Shown here: in pieces, positions 22,339 to 32,676 of the stretch
How positions within the stretch are numbered: position 1 is the stretch's first letter
Layout: each line of letters starts with the position of its first letter
The notes under the pieces: generated by a model
Seen by the model: only the letters and a program-made list of their open reading frames with translations
The model's database searches: none
What the model was told of the DNA's origin: nothing
Program-made: the position numbers and the translations under genes
Origin: a virus
Taxonomy: Duplodnaviria > Heunggongvirae > Uroviricota > Caudoviricetes
Virus record (IMG/VR): IMGVR_UViG_2718217709_000003
DNA length: 53,807 bases
Strand: one strand, 5' to 3'

Positions 22339-23434
22339 CAGACACTCCAGTCATGTTAAGAGTGATTGCCGTACAGTTTGCCCATTCGTTTTCTGCCACC
22401 ACCCGCAGTGCCGGTGTCACCAGTTCAACCTGGTACACCCCGGAAACGGACAATGCACTGATAATCTGGCTGGGGACAATATCGCGCCCCAGCGTGGCGG
22501 CACGTGATGCCACCCAGTTCTGTATGGCGCTGTTAGCGGCATCTTTTACAGACCTGGCATCCTGATCACGATAGATCGTAATCCTGGCTTCAATGGTGTA
22601 ATCCACCTTCACTGGTGTTTTAGCCCGCACTGTATCAGTGAGTGGCCTGACTTTCTCATCAGAGCAGAAACTCTCTACCAGCGTGAGAACACCGCCGTCC
22701 GGCAGACCGGTACTGAGCAGCGGATACAGATCTACGGTCCCGGGAACCGGGGAAAGCACAGCAACATCGACAATGTTGGGATGGGCCTGCATGGCATGAA
22801 AGCGGTATGCGCCACGGCTTCCGGCATTGGTGAATGACTCCGGGGCCAGCCTGATACGCTCCCGGAGCCTGTCATCGTCTTCCTGTTCTGAACCGCCGGA
22901 ACTGGCCGTCAGATTGCTCACCAGCAGGTCGACGTTATCAATCTCATCGAGTAACTGACTGACCTGCGCAGGTTGCCAGCCGTTACCAGCGGTACCGGGT
23001 TCGGTACAGGTGGACGTGACATTGACCAGCAGCAATCCGGCCTTCAGTACCACATCTGTATCGGTGGCAAAAATAACGCTGTCGGAAGCGCTGACGCGGG
23101 TGCCTGCCGGGATCAGCACATCAATGGCCAGTGCCTCATCTACGGAGAACTGGAGCGTGGTGGTGGCAGGCTGCGCGGCAAGACGGTATACACCAACCAG
23201 TTCACCGAGGTAATCAATCATCGGCTCACGGGCAAAGGCGACCAGATTCTGCTTTGCTGCCTCCTGTACCGCAACCCTGACCAGCATTTCGCGATAGGCC
23301 CACAGATCAATCAGCAGACGTTCTGCCTGTGCCGGGTACAGCGTTTTGCCGGTATCCGCTTCATACTTCGCAATCATTTCTGCCGTGATTTTGTCGGCAT
23401 CGCGTTCAATAAAATCGGGTTCTGTCAGCGCCAT
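22331..23434 (-). CDS. Baseplate protein J-like (367 aa)
   Basis: Size and position upstream of the gpI-like and fibre genes, as in P2 gpJ / Mu gp47. Confidence 0.7.
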   Translation of the reverse strand: MALTEPDFIERDADKITAEMIAKYEADTGKTLYPAQAERLLIDLWAYREMLVRVAVQEAAKQNLVAFAREPMIDYLGELVGVYRLAAQPATTTLQFSVDEALAIDVLIPAGTRVSASDSVIFATDTDVVLKAGLLLVNVTSTCTEPGTAGNGWQPAQVSQLLDEIDNVDLLVSNLTASSGGSEQEDDDRLRERIRLAPESFTNAGSRGAYRFHAMQAHPNIVDVAVLSPVPGTVDLYPLLSTGLPDGGVLTLVESFCSDEKVRPLTDTVRAKTPVKVDYTIEARITIYRDQDARSVKDAANSAIQNWVASRAATLGRDIVPSQIISALSVSGVYQVELVTPALRVVAENEWANCTAITLNMTGVSDD

Positions 23435-23772
23435 AGCAGCTCCTGAGTCCGGGTCTGTCCGTCTGAGCCTTTCCAGCTCACCCGGAGCGTAAGATGTTCG
23501 CCGTCGACGGCGGGTTTAACTGACATAAGCTGGCAGCGGGGCTCCCAGCGCCGGATGGCATCGACGGATTCGCGCACCACATGCGGAATGGCCCGGTCTA
23601 CAGGCCAGTCGATATAAAGATGCAGATTGCTGCCGAACTCCGGGCGATGCGGGTCGCTGCCGCGGGGAGTCCGCAGGATAATTTGAATCGCCTGCCGGAT
23701 ATCATCCAGCCCCCGGACAATTTCGCCGGGAGCCTGCAGGGCTGGTTGCCAGAATACTGAGGTCGTTTTCAT
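23425..23772 (-). CDS. Baseplate wedge protein, gpW/gp25-like (115 aa)
   Basis: Small protein between the V-like and J-like genes, matching the P2 V-W-J-I order. Confidence 0.65.
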   Translation of the reverse strand: MKTTSVFWQPALQAPGEIVRGLDDIRQAIQIILRTPRGSDPHRPEFGSNLHLYIDWPVDRAIPHVVRESVDAIRRWEPRCQLMSVKPAVDGEHLTLRVSWKGSDGQTRTQELLWR

Positions 23773-23826
23773 GGGGGCAGTATTGCCCCCGTGCGGGAAC
23801 GCTGATATTAAAGGCGTTTAAGAAGC

Positions 23827-24423
23827 TCAGTGGGAGTGGTGGCTGGAGTTTTCGCCATCAGACAGCATACTGCCCGTGGCATGGGCATTCCCTTTAATCT
23901 CGATATTGCCATGGATGGTCGCGGTAACACCTTTACCACCAGAACCCGCCATGCCTCCTTCGTAAATCAGCTTTCCCCTGACACGCAGATCTCCGGTAAG
24001 TTCGGTTTCCGGTGCGTCAATCGTGGCTTTCTGTGTTTTCAATACCACATCAGCACCACACTCAATGACAATATGCTCAATGCCGCCCCGGATGGTCAGA
24101 GTGTGCGTCTTCCGGTTGTAGCTGTACTCTGCACCATCAGCAAACCGGGTTCCCCGGATATTTTTGTCACTGAACGGTGGTTTATCGACGTCTGAATACA
24201 CCGCGCCCAGAATAACACCATCCTCGCCGTTGGCATCGAGCAGCACCTCAACCTGCTCCCCCACGTCAGGGAGCCAGTAATCTTTGTTATCCTGGGTATT
24301 GCGCTGCAGCACGTTAAGCCAGTTTGTGCGCAGGTTATCGCATTCAGGCAGACGAACGCGGGCCTGAACACTGTCGGCATCAACGGCACTGACCGTACCG
24401 ACCTGACGAGTGACACCAGTCAT
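23827..24423 (-). CDS. Baseplate spike / assembly protein V-like (198 aa)
   Basis: Gly-rich C-terminal tip and conserved position upstream of the W/J/I genes. Confidence 0.65.
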   Translation of the reverse strand: MTGVTRQVGTVSAVDADSVQARVRLPECDNLRTNWLNVLQRNTQDNKDYWLPDVGEQVEVLLDANGEDGVILGAVYSDVDKPPFSDKNIRGTRFADGAEYSYNRKTHTLTIRGGIEHIVIECGADVVLKTQKATIDAPETELTGDLRVRGKLIYEGGMAGSGGKGVTATIHGNIEIKGNAHATGSMLSDGENSSHHSH

Positions 24424-25574
24424 TTTTTCTTCTCCTTAATCACCGTCGATGTACTGCCATCCGGGTGATAAACCGTGAGTTTCTGAGTTTTTTGTTTTTT
24501 CCCTCTTGTGACTGGCCCCCGTGCCACTTCCAGCTCTGTGGTGTAGCCGCTGTTACGGTCAAACGCATGGCGGGCAGTGGTTATGAGCCATGGCCCGGAT
24601 AACTGCCCAAAACCCACCAGTTCAATTTTGTTGCCTGCTGTCAGTTGAGGTGTTCCCGTCAGCGTCAGGGAGCCGTTCTGCTGGTATTCGTTATGTCTGG
24701 CCAGTGCTGAATCCGCTTTAATCCGGGCACTGTCCGGGTCGCTGACGCGGCTGTTAACTTTAAGTGAGTCAGCGCTGGTAACCTTACCACCTTTGAGCTT
24801 TTTGTCGCTTTCACGGGTACCACCATCAGCTTCGTAGACGATCAGTTTTTTACTGCTGCTTTTCTGGTGTTTTACCTTTGCAGATTTATAGACCCGGTTG
24901 ATGGTGTCACGCAGGGAAAAGCGGGCCACATCCTGCGGTTTTAACTGCCTGACCGGCTCCTGACTGCGCAGTGTGGCCAGATGAGAAAAAATCAGCTGGT
25001 CACTGACCACTTTCACTGCATAACCATACTCGCTGGCCAGCCGGCGCAGAAAACCCACGTCGGTTTCAGCATACTGGGTCACCCGGTCGATTCTGATGGA
25101 CTCAATGCTGCCCACCAGTTTCAGTCGGTGCTTTCTGGCAATCCGCCCCGCAACAGCTGCCAGCGTGGTGTTCTCAAAACCACGACTGGTTTTAGTCCGC
25201 AGGGCACTGTTAACCGAGGTGGCCACCCCACGGATAGAAACAACGGAAGCGGGCGAACTCACTTCGATCTCGTCTATAGAGAACGTACCGCAGGACAGCA
25301 GCTTCTCGCCCTGATAGCCCATTTTCAGCGTCAGCGTGTCACCCTTGCCCGGATACCATTTATCCAGCCAGCGGCCATCGGTGTCGTCCAGCTCCACCTC
25401 AATGGTATCGGACTCATTTTTGATGTTATCGCTCCAGGTCACACGGGTGACATAAGGCGCGATATCAGAGGTGATGTTTTTCTGCAGATACCACAAAGTG
25501 AACACCGGTGTCAGCACATCGCTGACGCCGGTTAACGCTGATGTGACTTGCGCAGTGCTGTTTATCTCAGCCAT
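24420..25574 (-). CDS. Tail protein, P2 gpD-like / Mu gpP-like (384 aa)
   Basis: Size and position after the X-like and U-like genes, as in P2-type tails. Confidence 0.65.
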   Translation of the reverse strand: MAEINSTAQVTSALTGVSDVLTPVFTLWYLQKNITSDIAPYVTRVTWSDNIKNESDTIEVELDDTDGRWLDKWYPGKGDTLTLKMGYQGEKLLSCGTFSIDEIEVSSPASVVSIRGVATSVNSALRTKTSRGFENTTLAAVAGRIARKHRLKLVGSIESIRIDRVTQYAETDVGFLRRLASEYGYAVKVVSDQLIFSHLATLRSQEPVRQLKPQDVARFSLRDTINRVYKSAKVKHQKSSSKKLIVYEADGGTRESDKKLKGGKVTSADSLKVNSRVSDPDSARIKADSALARHNEYQQNGSLTLTGTPQLTAGNKIELVGFGQLSGPWLITTARHAFDRNSGYTTELEVARGPVTRGKKQKTQKLTVYHPDGSTSTVIKEKKK

Positions 25575-25777
25575 GGGGCAATATCCTCTTCTGTACGGGC
25601 TTCTTCAGCCTCAATCACCGGGATCAGTAACAACAGCCCGGAGGGCAGCACCGGCGTGATGGCCACGTGCGGATTGGCGGCAATAATCCGGGGATAGCCC
25701 AGCGGGTCACCGTAGTACTGCCATGCCAGCGAATCCCAGCGCTCTCCGTCACGGGTAACATGTTCAAGAAACATCAC
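25562..25777 (-). CDS. Tail protein X-like (71 aa)
   Basis: Small protein immediately before the gpD-like gene, as in P2. Confidence 0.55.
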   Translation of the reverse strand: MMFLEHVTRDGERWDSLAWQYYGDPLGYPRIIAANPHVAITPVLPSGLLLLIPVIEAEEARTEEDIAPWLR

Positions 25778-26658
25778 ACACTCCTCGTCAGTATTCTGGC
25801 GGCCATTGCACTTAATCCCGGAGACATGCGGTTGAATGCTGTGCCGGCGGCATTAAGCTGTCCGGAAACGGTATCCAGAGCACCTGCAATATTTCTTTTG
25901 TCCACACCACTCAGCGCAGACTGTGCCTGCTGTACATACGTGACTGCTTCGCTGGCTGTTCTGGCCAGACTGATGGCATCGGGCATGGATTCAGAGAGTG
26001 CGTTAAACGCCGGAACACTTTTCCCCAGAGCCCCGGAGATATTACCCAGTCCGCTCATCAGCCCCGGCACACGGGTCAGTGCGACAACGGGGTTATCCTT
26101 CATTTTCTGTGTCACCCGAACGGCGCTGATAGTGGTCTGGAGTACAGACTGCGCCTGTTTCGCATAGTTGACGCCGTTGCGGATGAACTGCGCCACCCCT
26201 GAAGGTGAAGGTATGGCACCGGAGACCGCCCCGACACCCGGTAGCTTCGTGCGTATTGCCGGTGGTTGCAGAGGATTTTTCGGGTCACCGGTGTATTCCC
26301 GGAGAGACACGGTGGCACTGACAGCCAGCACGTTGCCGGTACTGTCAGTCTGCTCGCTGGTTGCAGTCACATCGGTAATCACGAACCAGCCACGATAGTC
26401 ACCGTTGCCGAAGACCAGCGCCAGTGCCTGATGGGCTTTCATGGTTGTTCGCAGTCTCGCCAGCTCCACATCGGGTACACAATAATGCTGATGGAAGACC
26501 AGACTTATCTGGATTTCGTCCAGCCTGTCGCCGACGAACTGCAGGCCAGGCTTACCCCCGATGCGGGCATGCTCCGCATAATCGACGCCGAACGTGGCCT
26601 CGAAGCCGTCCCAGTAGGTAATCAGCTCAAACTCAATATCACCCAGTACGGCAAACAT
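25774..26658 (-). CDS. Tail assembly protein (P2 gpU-like / Mu DNA-circulation-protein-like), 294 aa
   Basis: Position directly downstream of the tape measure gene; family assignment is tentative. Confidence 0.5.
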   Translation of the reverse strand: MFAVLGDIEFELITYWDGFEATFGVDYAEHARIGGKPGLQFVGDRLDEIQISLVFHQHYCVPDVELARLRTTMKAHQALALVFGNGDYRGWFVITDVTATSEQTDSTGNVLAVSATVSLREYTGDPKNPLQPPAIRTKLPGVGAVSGAIPSPSGVAQFIRNGVNYAKQAQSVLQTTISAVRVTQKMKDNPVVALTRVPGLMSGLGNISGALGKSVPAFNALSESMPDAISLARTASEAVTYVQQAQSALSGVDKRNIAGALDTVSGQLNAAGTAFNRMSPGLSAMAARILTRSV

Positions 26659-29609
26659 CAGCGGTACTCCTTACGTTGTTTCTGAGCCAGCAGACGCTCC
26701 AGCATTTTTTCCAGCTCATGCAGGCTCATATTCAGGGCGCCAGTCAGTCCGGCAGGCGCTGTGGTTTCCCTGCCATTGAGGAAAAACTGAGGATTAAAGC
26801 TGACCTGGATACCACCAGACGTTCCACCGCCGGTTGCAGCTGCACCACGGCCTGAATATCCGGCAGCCATGATTTCAGGCGAGGGGATACGGGGAACATC
26901 CGGTGTCATCTCATTTGCCAGACGTTGCCCTGGTAAAATCGATGCCCGGGTGGAGAGCGGGATAGCGGGCATGGAAGACAAACTATTGATTACGGCTCCG
27001 ATCGCATTTTTAGCAGACGACATAAACCCGTTGATATCGGGCAACGGCATACTGAAGCGAACACCTGAAGTGTTATCCCGTATTTCTGGCCCCTGAATGC
27101 TCTCGGGCATTCTGGGGAGCAGTTCACTGGCCATTCGCTGCCCGGCCAGAGCTGCAAGCGGAGTGGTCCGCTGCAGGCCAATGGCGGCCCCCTGCGCGAT
27201 ATTGTCACCAAAGCCCATAAACACGCGGCTCGGCGAATGAATACCCAGCTTTTCACTGAACCAGCCACTGATGCTGTCACCCATTCCGGTTACACTGGAT
27301 TTGAGCGACTCCCATTTGTTTTTGATACCGTTAATCAGACCGTCGACAAGATGGCCACCGAAGTCGGTGAACTTTGCCGGCAGATCAACACCAAGATATT
27401 TCAGCGCAGCTGCAAAGGCTTTATAGAGCAGACCTGCCGGCGACCAGTTAATCAGCAGCTTACCAGTTCCCGCGATACCGCCGTTAAAGGCTTCCTGAAT
27501 GTCAGCCCAGCACTGTTTAAACCAGCTACTGATGCTGTCACCCATTCCGGTTACACTGGATTTGAGCGACCCCCATTTGTTTTTGATACCGTTAATCAGA
27601 CCGTCGATAAGATGGCCACCGAAGTCGGTGAACTTTGCCGGCAGAGCAACGCCGAAATATTTCAGCGCAGCCGCAAAGGCTTTATAGAGCAGGCCTGCCG
27701 GCGACCAGTTAATCAGCAACTTACCAATTCCCACAATGCCGCCGTTAAAGGCTTCCTGAATGTCTGCCCAGCGCTGTTTAAACCAGCCACTGACTGCCCC
27801 CCAGTTGCGGTAGATAAGGTAAGCTGCTGCCGCGACAGCGGTGATAACGAGACCGATGGGATTCATCATCAGCGCACGTCCAATCCAGAGAACAGCACGT
27901 CCGGCGAGCATAATTCCGCGAACCAGCCCCCCGGAGAGCACGCCACTCAGTGTTCTGGCTCCTCTGGCGACGGCGCTAAATCCGGTCACCAGCCAGCGGA
28001 GCTTACCGCCTTGCCCCAGTGCGAGCGACAGACGAAGCCAGTTGGCCCGAAGTAAAACAGCATTTTTCCAGACACTTACAAAGGGGGAAATAAGGAGATT
28101 CAGCCCCAGTTTGAGACCAACAGTCGCTATCTTAATCGCAAGGAGCGCACTGATGAGCTTAAAAGCCCCACTGACAAATTGCGGGTGAGTCGCTACCCAG
28201 TGTTTTGCCCCCTGAATGAGTGGAAGCAGTTCCTGAGTCAAAGAAATAAAAGATGGAGCTAATTGATCGCCCAGCGTAATTGCCAGATCGCGACTGCTGA
28301 CCATAAGTGTTTTAGTGGCTTCAAGGGGAGATTTCAGCCGCTGATCATAAGCACTGGCAAGCAAATCGTTATCCGCAGCCCTGAGAGCACCGGCACGGAT
28401 CTCTCGATATCTGTCCATGTTGGCCAGCATCGGGCGGATAAATGCCATGACCTGCATATCCGCGAACATATCGCCCAGACCAAAGTTTTTCGCCAGAGCC
28501 TGAAGTGCCTCATCTCTTGCCGTATCATTCTTTATTTTCATGGCTGATTTGAAGCCGGCCAGCGCTTCGGGGCTTTTGGCATTGAGGTAACGTTCTATAA
28601 CACTCAACATCCCTTCAATCGGAGAGATCCCCGCAGCTTTATAACTCGCAATAGATCCCTGCAAATCAATACCCAGATCAGCAAACTGTTTCTGAGTATC
28701 GCGGGCAAAAATTTTGGTAAGAAAGTTTTTAAAATTATTGGCTGCTTCGTCGGTGGAACCTGCACCGATTTTTGCTATCTGGAGACTGGCCCCGATTTCA
28801 GCAACAGCCTCTTTTCCACTGGCAATACCCGCCATCATTGGGGCCAGGGACTGCATCCACTTGACCTGATCCGGGATTTCAAATGACCCCTGATCACCGG
28901 CATAAGCCATAATATTCTGAACGGCACCAAAATCTCTGGCCGCACCTTTCAGGGAGTTTTGCCAGACTGCGGCCACTTTTGCCCAGTCCTGAGCAGACGT
29001 GCGTGTTGCCGTTGCCGCGCGGGCAATATCCGGCATCAGAAAACCGATATCTGACACATTATCAATATTGTCGCTGATGAGTGAACCCACCGCCTCCTGC
29101 AGCTCATCCTGATACTGATTGTATTTAAGCGCCCAGCCTTTTATCTGTCCGGCAAGTGCATCCCGCGTTTTATTGTCATATTTTGCGGTGATCGACATAT
29201 CAATCATTTTGTCCTGAAAAGACATGGACTGCTGAACGGCAGGGGAAACCGTATGATAAACAGTCTGTGCCATGCCATACGCTTCAATCCCCTGACCATA
29301 CAGCGCCATGCGGTTAGCTTTCAGCGCATCACTGGTAGCGGATGCCGCTGACAGACGGCGCTGCTGGCGCTCAATTTGCTCCATGGTGCGGCTTACCCGC
29401 AGCAGCTCGCTGTTGAGATGCTGCATCCGGGAAGAACCCAGTTGACCATAACGTTCTGTTGCACGGGTTAAAGCGTTCTGACGTTCCTGCAGGCGGCGTG
29501 AGGTATCGCTCAGGGAATCAAGCGCACGGCGGGTACCGCTCATTGCAGAACGGAATGTGCTGCCAATCATCCCGCCGATAACAACGCCGACTGAAAACTG
29601 TCCCGACAT
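26658..29609 (-). CDS. Tail tape measure protein (983 aa)
   Basis: Very long, Ala/Gly-rich protein with a hydrophobic central region, downstream of the frameshifted chaperone. Confidence 0.85.
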   Translation of the reverse strand: MSGQFSVGVVIGGMIGSTFRSAMSGTRRALDSLSDTSRRLQERQNALTRATERYGQLGSSRMQHLNSELLRVSRTMEQIERQQRRLSAASATSDALKANRMALYGQGIEAYGMAQTVYHTVSPAVQQSMSFQDKMIDMSITAKYDNKTRDALAGQIKGWALKYNQYQDELQEAVGSLISDNIDNVSDIGFLMPDIARAATATRTSAQDWAKVAAVWQNSLKGAARDFGAVQNIMAYAGDQGSFEIPDQVKWMQSLAPMMAGIASGKEAVAEIGASLQIAKIGAGSTDEAANNFKNFLTKIFARDTQKQFADLGIDLQGSIASYKAAGISPIEGMLSVIERYLNAKSPEALAGFKSAMKIKNDTARDEALQALAKNFGLGDMFADMQVMAFIRPMLANMDRYREIRAGALRAADNDLLASAYDQRLKSPLEATKTLMVSSRDLAITLGDQLAPSFISLTQELLPLIQGAKHWVATHPQFVSGAFKLISALLAIKIATVGLKLGLNLLISPFVSVWKNAVLLRANWLRLSLALGQGGKLRWLVTGFSAVARGARTLSGVLSGGLVRGIMLAGRAVLWIGRALMMNPIGLVITAVAAAAYLIYRNWGAVSGWFKQRWADIQEAFNGGIVGIGKLLINWSPAGLLYKAFAAALKYFGVALPAKFTDFGGHLIDGLINGIKNKWGSLKSSVTGMGDSISSWFKQCWADIQEAFNGGIAGTGKLLINWSPAGLLYKAFAAALKYLGVDLPAKFTDFGGHLVDGLINGIKNKWESLKSSVTGMGDSISGWFSEKLGIHSPSRVFMGFGDNIAQGAAIGLQRTTPLAALAGQRMASELLPRMPESIQGPEIRDNTSGVRFSMPLPDINGFMSSAKNAIGAVINSLSSMPAIPLSTRASILPGQRLANEMTPDVPRIPSPEIMAAGYSGRGAAATGGGTSGGIQVSFNPQFFLNGRETTAPAGLTGALNMSLHELEKMLERLLAQKQRKEYR
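27261..27758. repeat. Tandem duplication of a ~249-bp unit (83 codons) inside the tape measure gene
   Basis: Tape measure segment WFKQ(R/C)WADIQEAFNGGI...GMGDSIS occurs twice in tandem; the antisense ORF 27237-28055 shows the same 83-aa periodicity. Confidence 0.8.
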
Positions 29610-29684
29610 AGTGGTTAACCTCCGGGGAAGGTGAAAAGACGTGAGGGGATAACGCAGAACAGCCGCTACTGGCGGCTGTCTGTA

Positions 29685-30102
29685 CTATGATTTGTCGCCG
29701 TACTCGCTTTTTATTTGCTCTTCAGCCTGCTCCAGCCACATCTCCAGATCGTCAGTATCGAGGGCATCAATCTCCCCCGGCTGAAACCGGAACCATCTCG
29801 CCAGCAGCCCCTGCGCCTGCGTCAGCGCCTTTGTCGCTCTCACCCATCCCCGTGATGAGCTGAAATCGTTTCTGTAACTGCAGGTAATCAGCCAGGTCCA
29901 TATTGTCGAGATCTTCCGGGAGAAGACCAGTACTGCGGGCAATCAGCGGTTCGTCCCAGTCTGCCGGGTTTTTGCTGATTTTGCGCACCTGCTTCAGGTC
30001 TTTTACCGTCAGGCGTTTCAGTTCAACCTGCTCAATTCTGGTGCCTGCAGCAGTGGTGAAGGGATAAGACAATTTAAAAGTATCGGATGGGGTCTGTGAC
30101 AT
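29685..30102 (-). CDS. Tail assembly chaperone with programmed -1 frameshift extension (P2 E/E'-like)
   Basis: 0-frame ORF 29767-30102 (111 aa) ends ...AGEMVPVSAGGD*; the -1 frame continues ...PGEIDALDTDDLEMWLEQAEEQIKSEYGDKS; candidate slip site on the coding strand is CCGGGGGAG (complement of 29771-29779). Confidence 0.6.
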
Positions 30103-30199
30103 GATTGTGCTCCTGTGTAAGTTCAGGGCAGTATGTCGGGAGAAGCGCGTGACGGATATTAAAGGAGATTAAGAAGAAGGGGCCGGAGCCCCTGTGATG

Positions 30200-30481
30200 T
30201 CAGCAAGTGCGAAACCCCTTGCAGTTACGCAGGAAAGCGATGAGAAGCGTCTTTCCCTCAGATTTGCCGGTGCCGGAGAACCAGTGGTCGGGAGGCTCCC
30301 ATGCTTCAATCAAATCCGCCAGTCTGCGGGCCTTTGAACGTGTGCAGTCAATCGGGTCATTGGTTTTACGGGTATTAAAAAGGGTTTCCACCCCCGGAAT
30401 ATCAAGGAGGGTAAACCACGTACCATTTGACATGCCCAGTGCCGCACATCGTCCTCCTTTATCCGTCAGTTCAACACTCAC
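30200..30481 (-). CDS. Hypothetical protein (93 aa) between the tube and chaperone genes
   Basis: ORF in the late-operon orientation, 2 bp downstream of the tube gene stop. Confidence 0.4.
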   Translation of the reverse strand: MSVELTDKGGRCAALGMSNGTWFTLLDIPGVETLFNTRKTNDPIDCTRSKARRLADLIEAWEPPDHWFSGTGKSEGKTLLIAFLRNCKGFRTC

Positions 30482-30483
30482 CG

Positions 30484-31005
30484 TCAGCCCCCGATATTGA
30501 TACGGTAGTCAGTCAGTTGATCAACACCGCCGACCCGGAAGATGTTGGCCAGATAGTCCAGTTGCAGCAGCTCTTCACCATCCAGTACCTGTCTGATATA
30601 CGTGCATGTGAAGCTACTGGAGAACTCGGCGTTCTCGTGCTGTTTGAACGTCCCCAGCGGGTTCTTCTTGAACATAATCGTCAGGAAGGTGACCAGCGGG
30701 ATTTCGTCAATCAGCCCCTGCGAGCTGTAGCGCTGGACGCTGGAACGACACTTCAGTGCCAGCGACCTGTACGGGTTCGCGGCAGACAGCATCGCATCGC
30801 GGTAAAAGCTGTTCCATTTGATTTCGCCTTCCAGTTTGTCAAAACCAGCCGGGAGTTCCACCTTACCCACCATCCCCAGCGCCTTGTGTTCCTGCATAAT
30901 CATGGAGACATCGGGGAGTTTAACTTCCTCAGCCCGTCCCAGCAGGTTAGTACCATCCAGATAGATGTTGGCATTCGTGATGCGGTTTATCTCAATCTTT
31001 GACAT
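30484..31005 (-). CDS. Tail tube protein (173 aa)
   Basis: Immediately downstream of the sheath gene; size typical of contractile-tail tube proteins. Confidence 0.75.
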   Translation of the reverse strand: MSKIEINRITNANIYLDGTNLLGRAEEVKLPDVSMIMQEHKALGMVGKVELPAGFDKLEGEIKWNSFYRDAMLSAANPYRSLALKCRSSVQRYSSQGLIDEIPLVTFLTIMFKKNPLGTFKQHENAEFSSSFTCTYIRQVLDGEELLQLDYLANIFRVGGVDQLTDYRINIGG

Positions 31006-32432
31006 CAGTTGCCCCCTTTCAGGGTTAACAGGTATTCCGAGGTGATCTCAGTCTCAAACGTCAGTCGCTCCAGCGGCGGTGGTGGCGTATATTTGTAGCT
31101 CAGCAACAGGTGCCCGGCGGCCAGCTCCGTCTCCGGATTGCGGGCCGGATCAAACCAGCAACGGAAGCCCAGTACCGCACCATCACCAGTCATTTTGCGA
31201 CCGTAGGCGTTGACCGACTCCGTCAGTGCATCAATCAGCGCCTGAGTAATCGGCATGTCGATGTACTGCTGGCTGAAATAACGAATGGACTCGTTGATCA
31301 CATCACCGGTGCGGCGAACGTTCTCAAAGTTACGCATATGGGTGACCGTTGGCCATGCTGCCGTCCGGTTACCCCACAGACGAAGGCCGCTGCCGTAACT
31401 GCTGAATACCGTGGTGATCCCCTGTTCGTTAAGCAGGTTCACCTCACTCTGCGGGTCATCAATCATCGCGGACAGCTGGCGCTCCACGCCGGTGATCCCC
31501 AGAATCTCCTGATTGGAGGATGACCACCAGTAGCCCTTGTCCAGATCGACTCTGGCACGCAGACCTGCTGCACGCTGGCTGAGCGGCTCCAGACGCTCTG
31601 TGTTTGTCACCGGGTCATATACCTTCACATGCGGATAGCACAGACGGACGCGGTCGGAGCTGGTATTGAAGTTGATGGTGCCTTCCGGGCCACGACCTGC
31701 CAGAGCCTGTGCAAAGGTGGTACCGACAGGCGCATCAATGTAGGTTACCGCGCCCAGCTTCTCTGCCATGGCGATAAGCTCAACTGCGACACTCTTCTGG
31801 GTGCAGAACACCGGCGCAATCAGAATTTTGGCGAAATAGCCGTACAGGTTGAAGCTGTCGTTAAGCAGCTTCATGCCGGTTCGGTTTCCGGCGCTGTTCA
31901 CCCCGCCGATGATGTCCGCCGCAGTCACCTTCGACGGGTCCGCGTACTCATAGCTCACCTTCACGCTGCCACCGGCCTCAATAGCCTTGCCCAGGTTCGT
32001 GAGCACACCCGCCTGCGCATCAACACGGTAGTCCGTGTTCGCCGTGTGGGAGGTGCTGCCTTCACTGTTTTTCACCACCACATTAGCGACAACCGGATGC
32101 GCCAGTCTGGCCTGCCCTGTCGATTTGTCAAAGGTAACCACCTCATCCTCGATCGCCGTTTTATGTTTCGCCGGGTCGAGGACGTTAATGACCAGAACGG
32201 TACCTGCACCATGGTCATAAATCGCATCCAGCGCCTGCGGAATGGTAAAGCCGGTGAACTGGCTGCCAAATGCCGCTGCGTCTTTCTCAGACAGGCACTG
32301 TACCAGCGTATTGACATCCCCCATCGGGGCGGTACCAATCAGGCCAATAACGGCAGATTTCACCGTTTTAACCGGGCGGGCACCGTTTTCCACCTCAATG
32401 GTTTCGGGACCATGCAGATAGTTAGCTGCCAT
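31005..32432 (-). CDS. Tail sheath protein (475 aa)
   Basis: Size and position ahead of the tube gene. Confidence 0.8.
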   Translation of the reverse strand: MAANYLHGPETIEVENGARPVKTVKSAVIGLIGTAPMGDVNTLVQCLSEKDAAAFGSQFTGFTIPQALDAIYDHGAGTVLVINVLDPAKHKTAIEDEVVTFDKSTGQARLAHPVVANVVVKNSEGSTSHTANTDYRVDAQAGVLTNLGKAIEAGGSVKVSYEYADPSKVTAADIIGGVNSAGNRTGMKLLNDSFNLYGYFAKILIAPVFCTQKSVAVELIAMAEKLGAVTYIDAPVGTTFAQALAGRGPEGTINFNTSSDRVRLCYPHVKVYDPVTNTERLEPLSQRAAGLRARVDLDKGYWWSSSNQEILGITGVERQLSAMIDDPQSEVNLLNEQGITTVFSSYGSGLRLWGNRTAAWPTVTHMRNFENVRRTGDVINESIRYFSQQYIDMPITQALIDALTESVNAYGRKMTGDGAVLGFRCWFDPARNPETELAAGHLLLSYKYTPPPPLERLTFETEITSEYLLTLKGGN

Positions 32433-32676
32433 GGGTGTCCTCCGTTTTCACTTCGCTGTCACTGCTGCTCCTGCGCTTTGGTGACTGCACAGCCGGTGTG
32501 CCGGCGGGTTTAGTCTCTTCAGGTACCGGCGTCAGATGTTTCAGCGCCACCAGTACCTTCACGTAGTCATGCTCCTCCGGCAGGGAAACCGTCTTCCCCG
32601 GCCAGAGCAGGATTTCGGTTCCGTCCGACAGCGTGACGCCGCTGGCCGGGCCGGAATAGCGGTATTCTTTCATCAC
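32422..32676 (-). CDS. Small Mu-like virion protein (84 aa)
   Basis: Short ORF between the head-completion genes and the sheath gene. Confidence 0.45.
   Translation of the reverse strand: MMKEYRYSGPASGVTLSDGTEILLWPGKTVSLPEEHDYVKVLVALKHLTPVPEETKPAGTPAVQSPKRRSSSDSEVKTEDTHGS

Noticed and set aside
31629-32513. 294-aa + strand ORF (and similar long + strand ORFs at 27237-28055, 34140-34874, 30427-31002, 24981-25535, 25667-26167, 22013-22507, 22973-23446, 40967-41353)
   Set aside because: All are antisense to well-supported late genes (sheath, tape measure, capsid, tube, baseplate, terminase region) and show biased, low-complexity composition.
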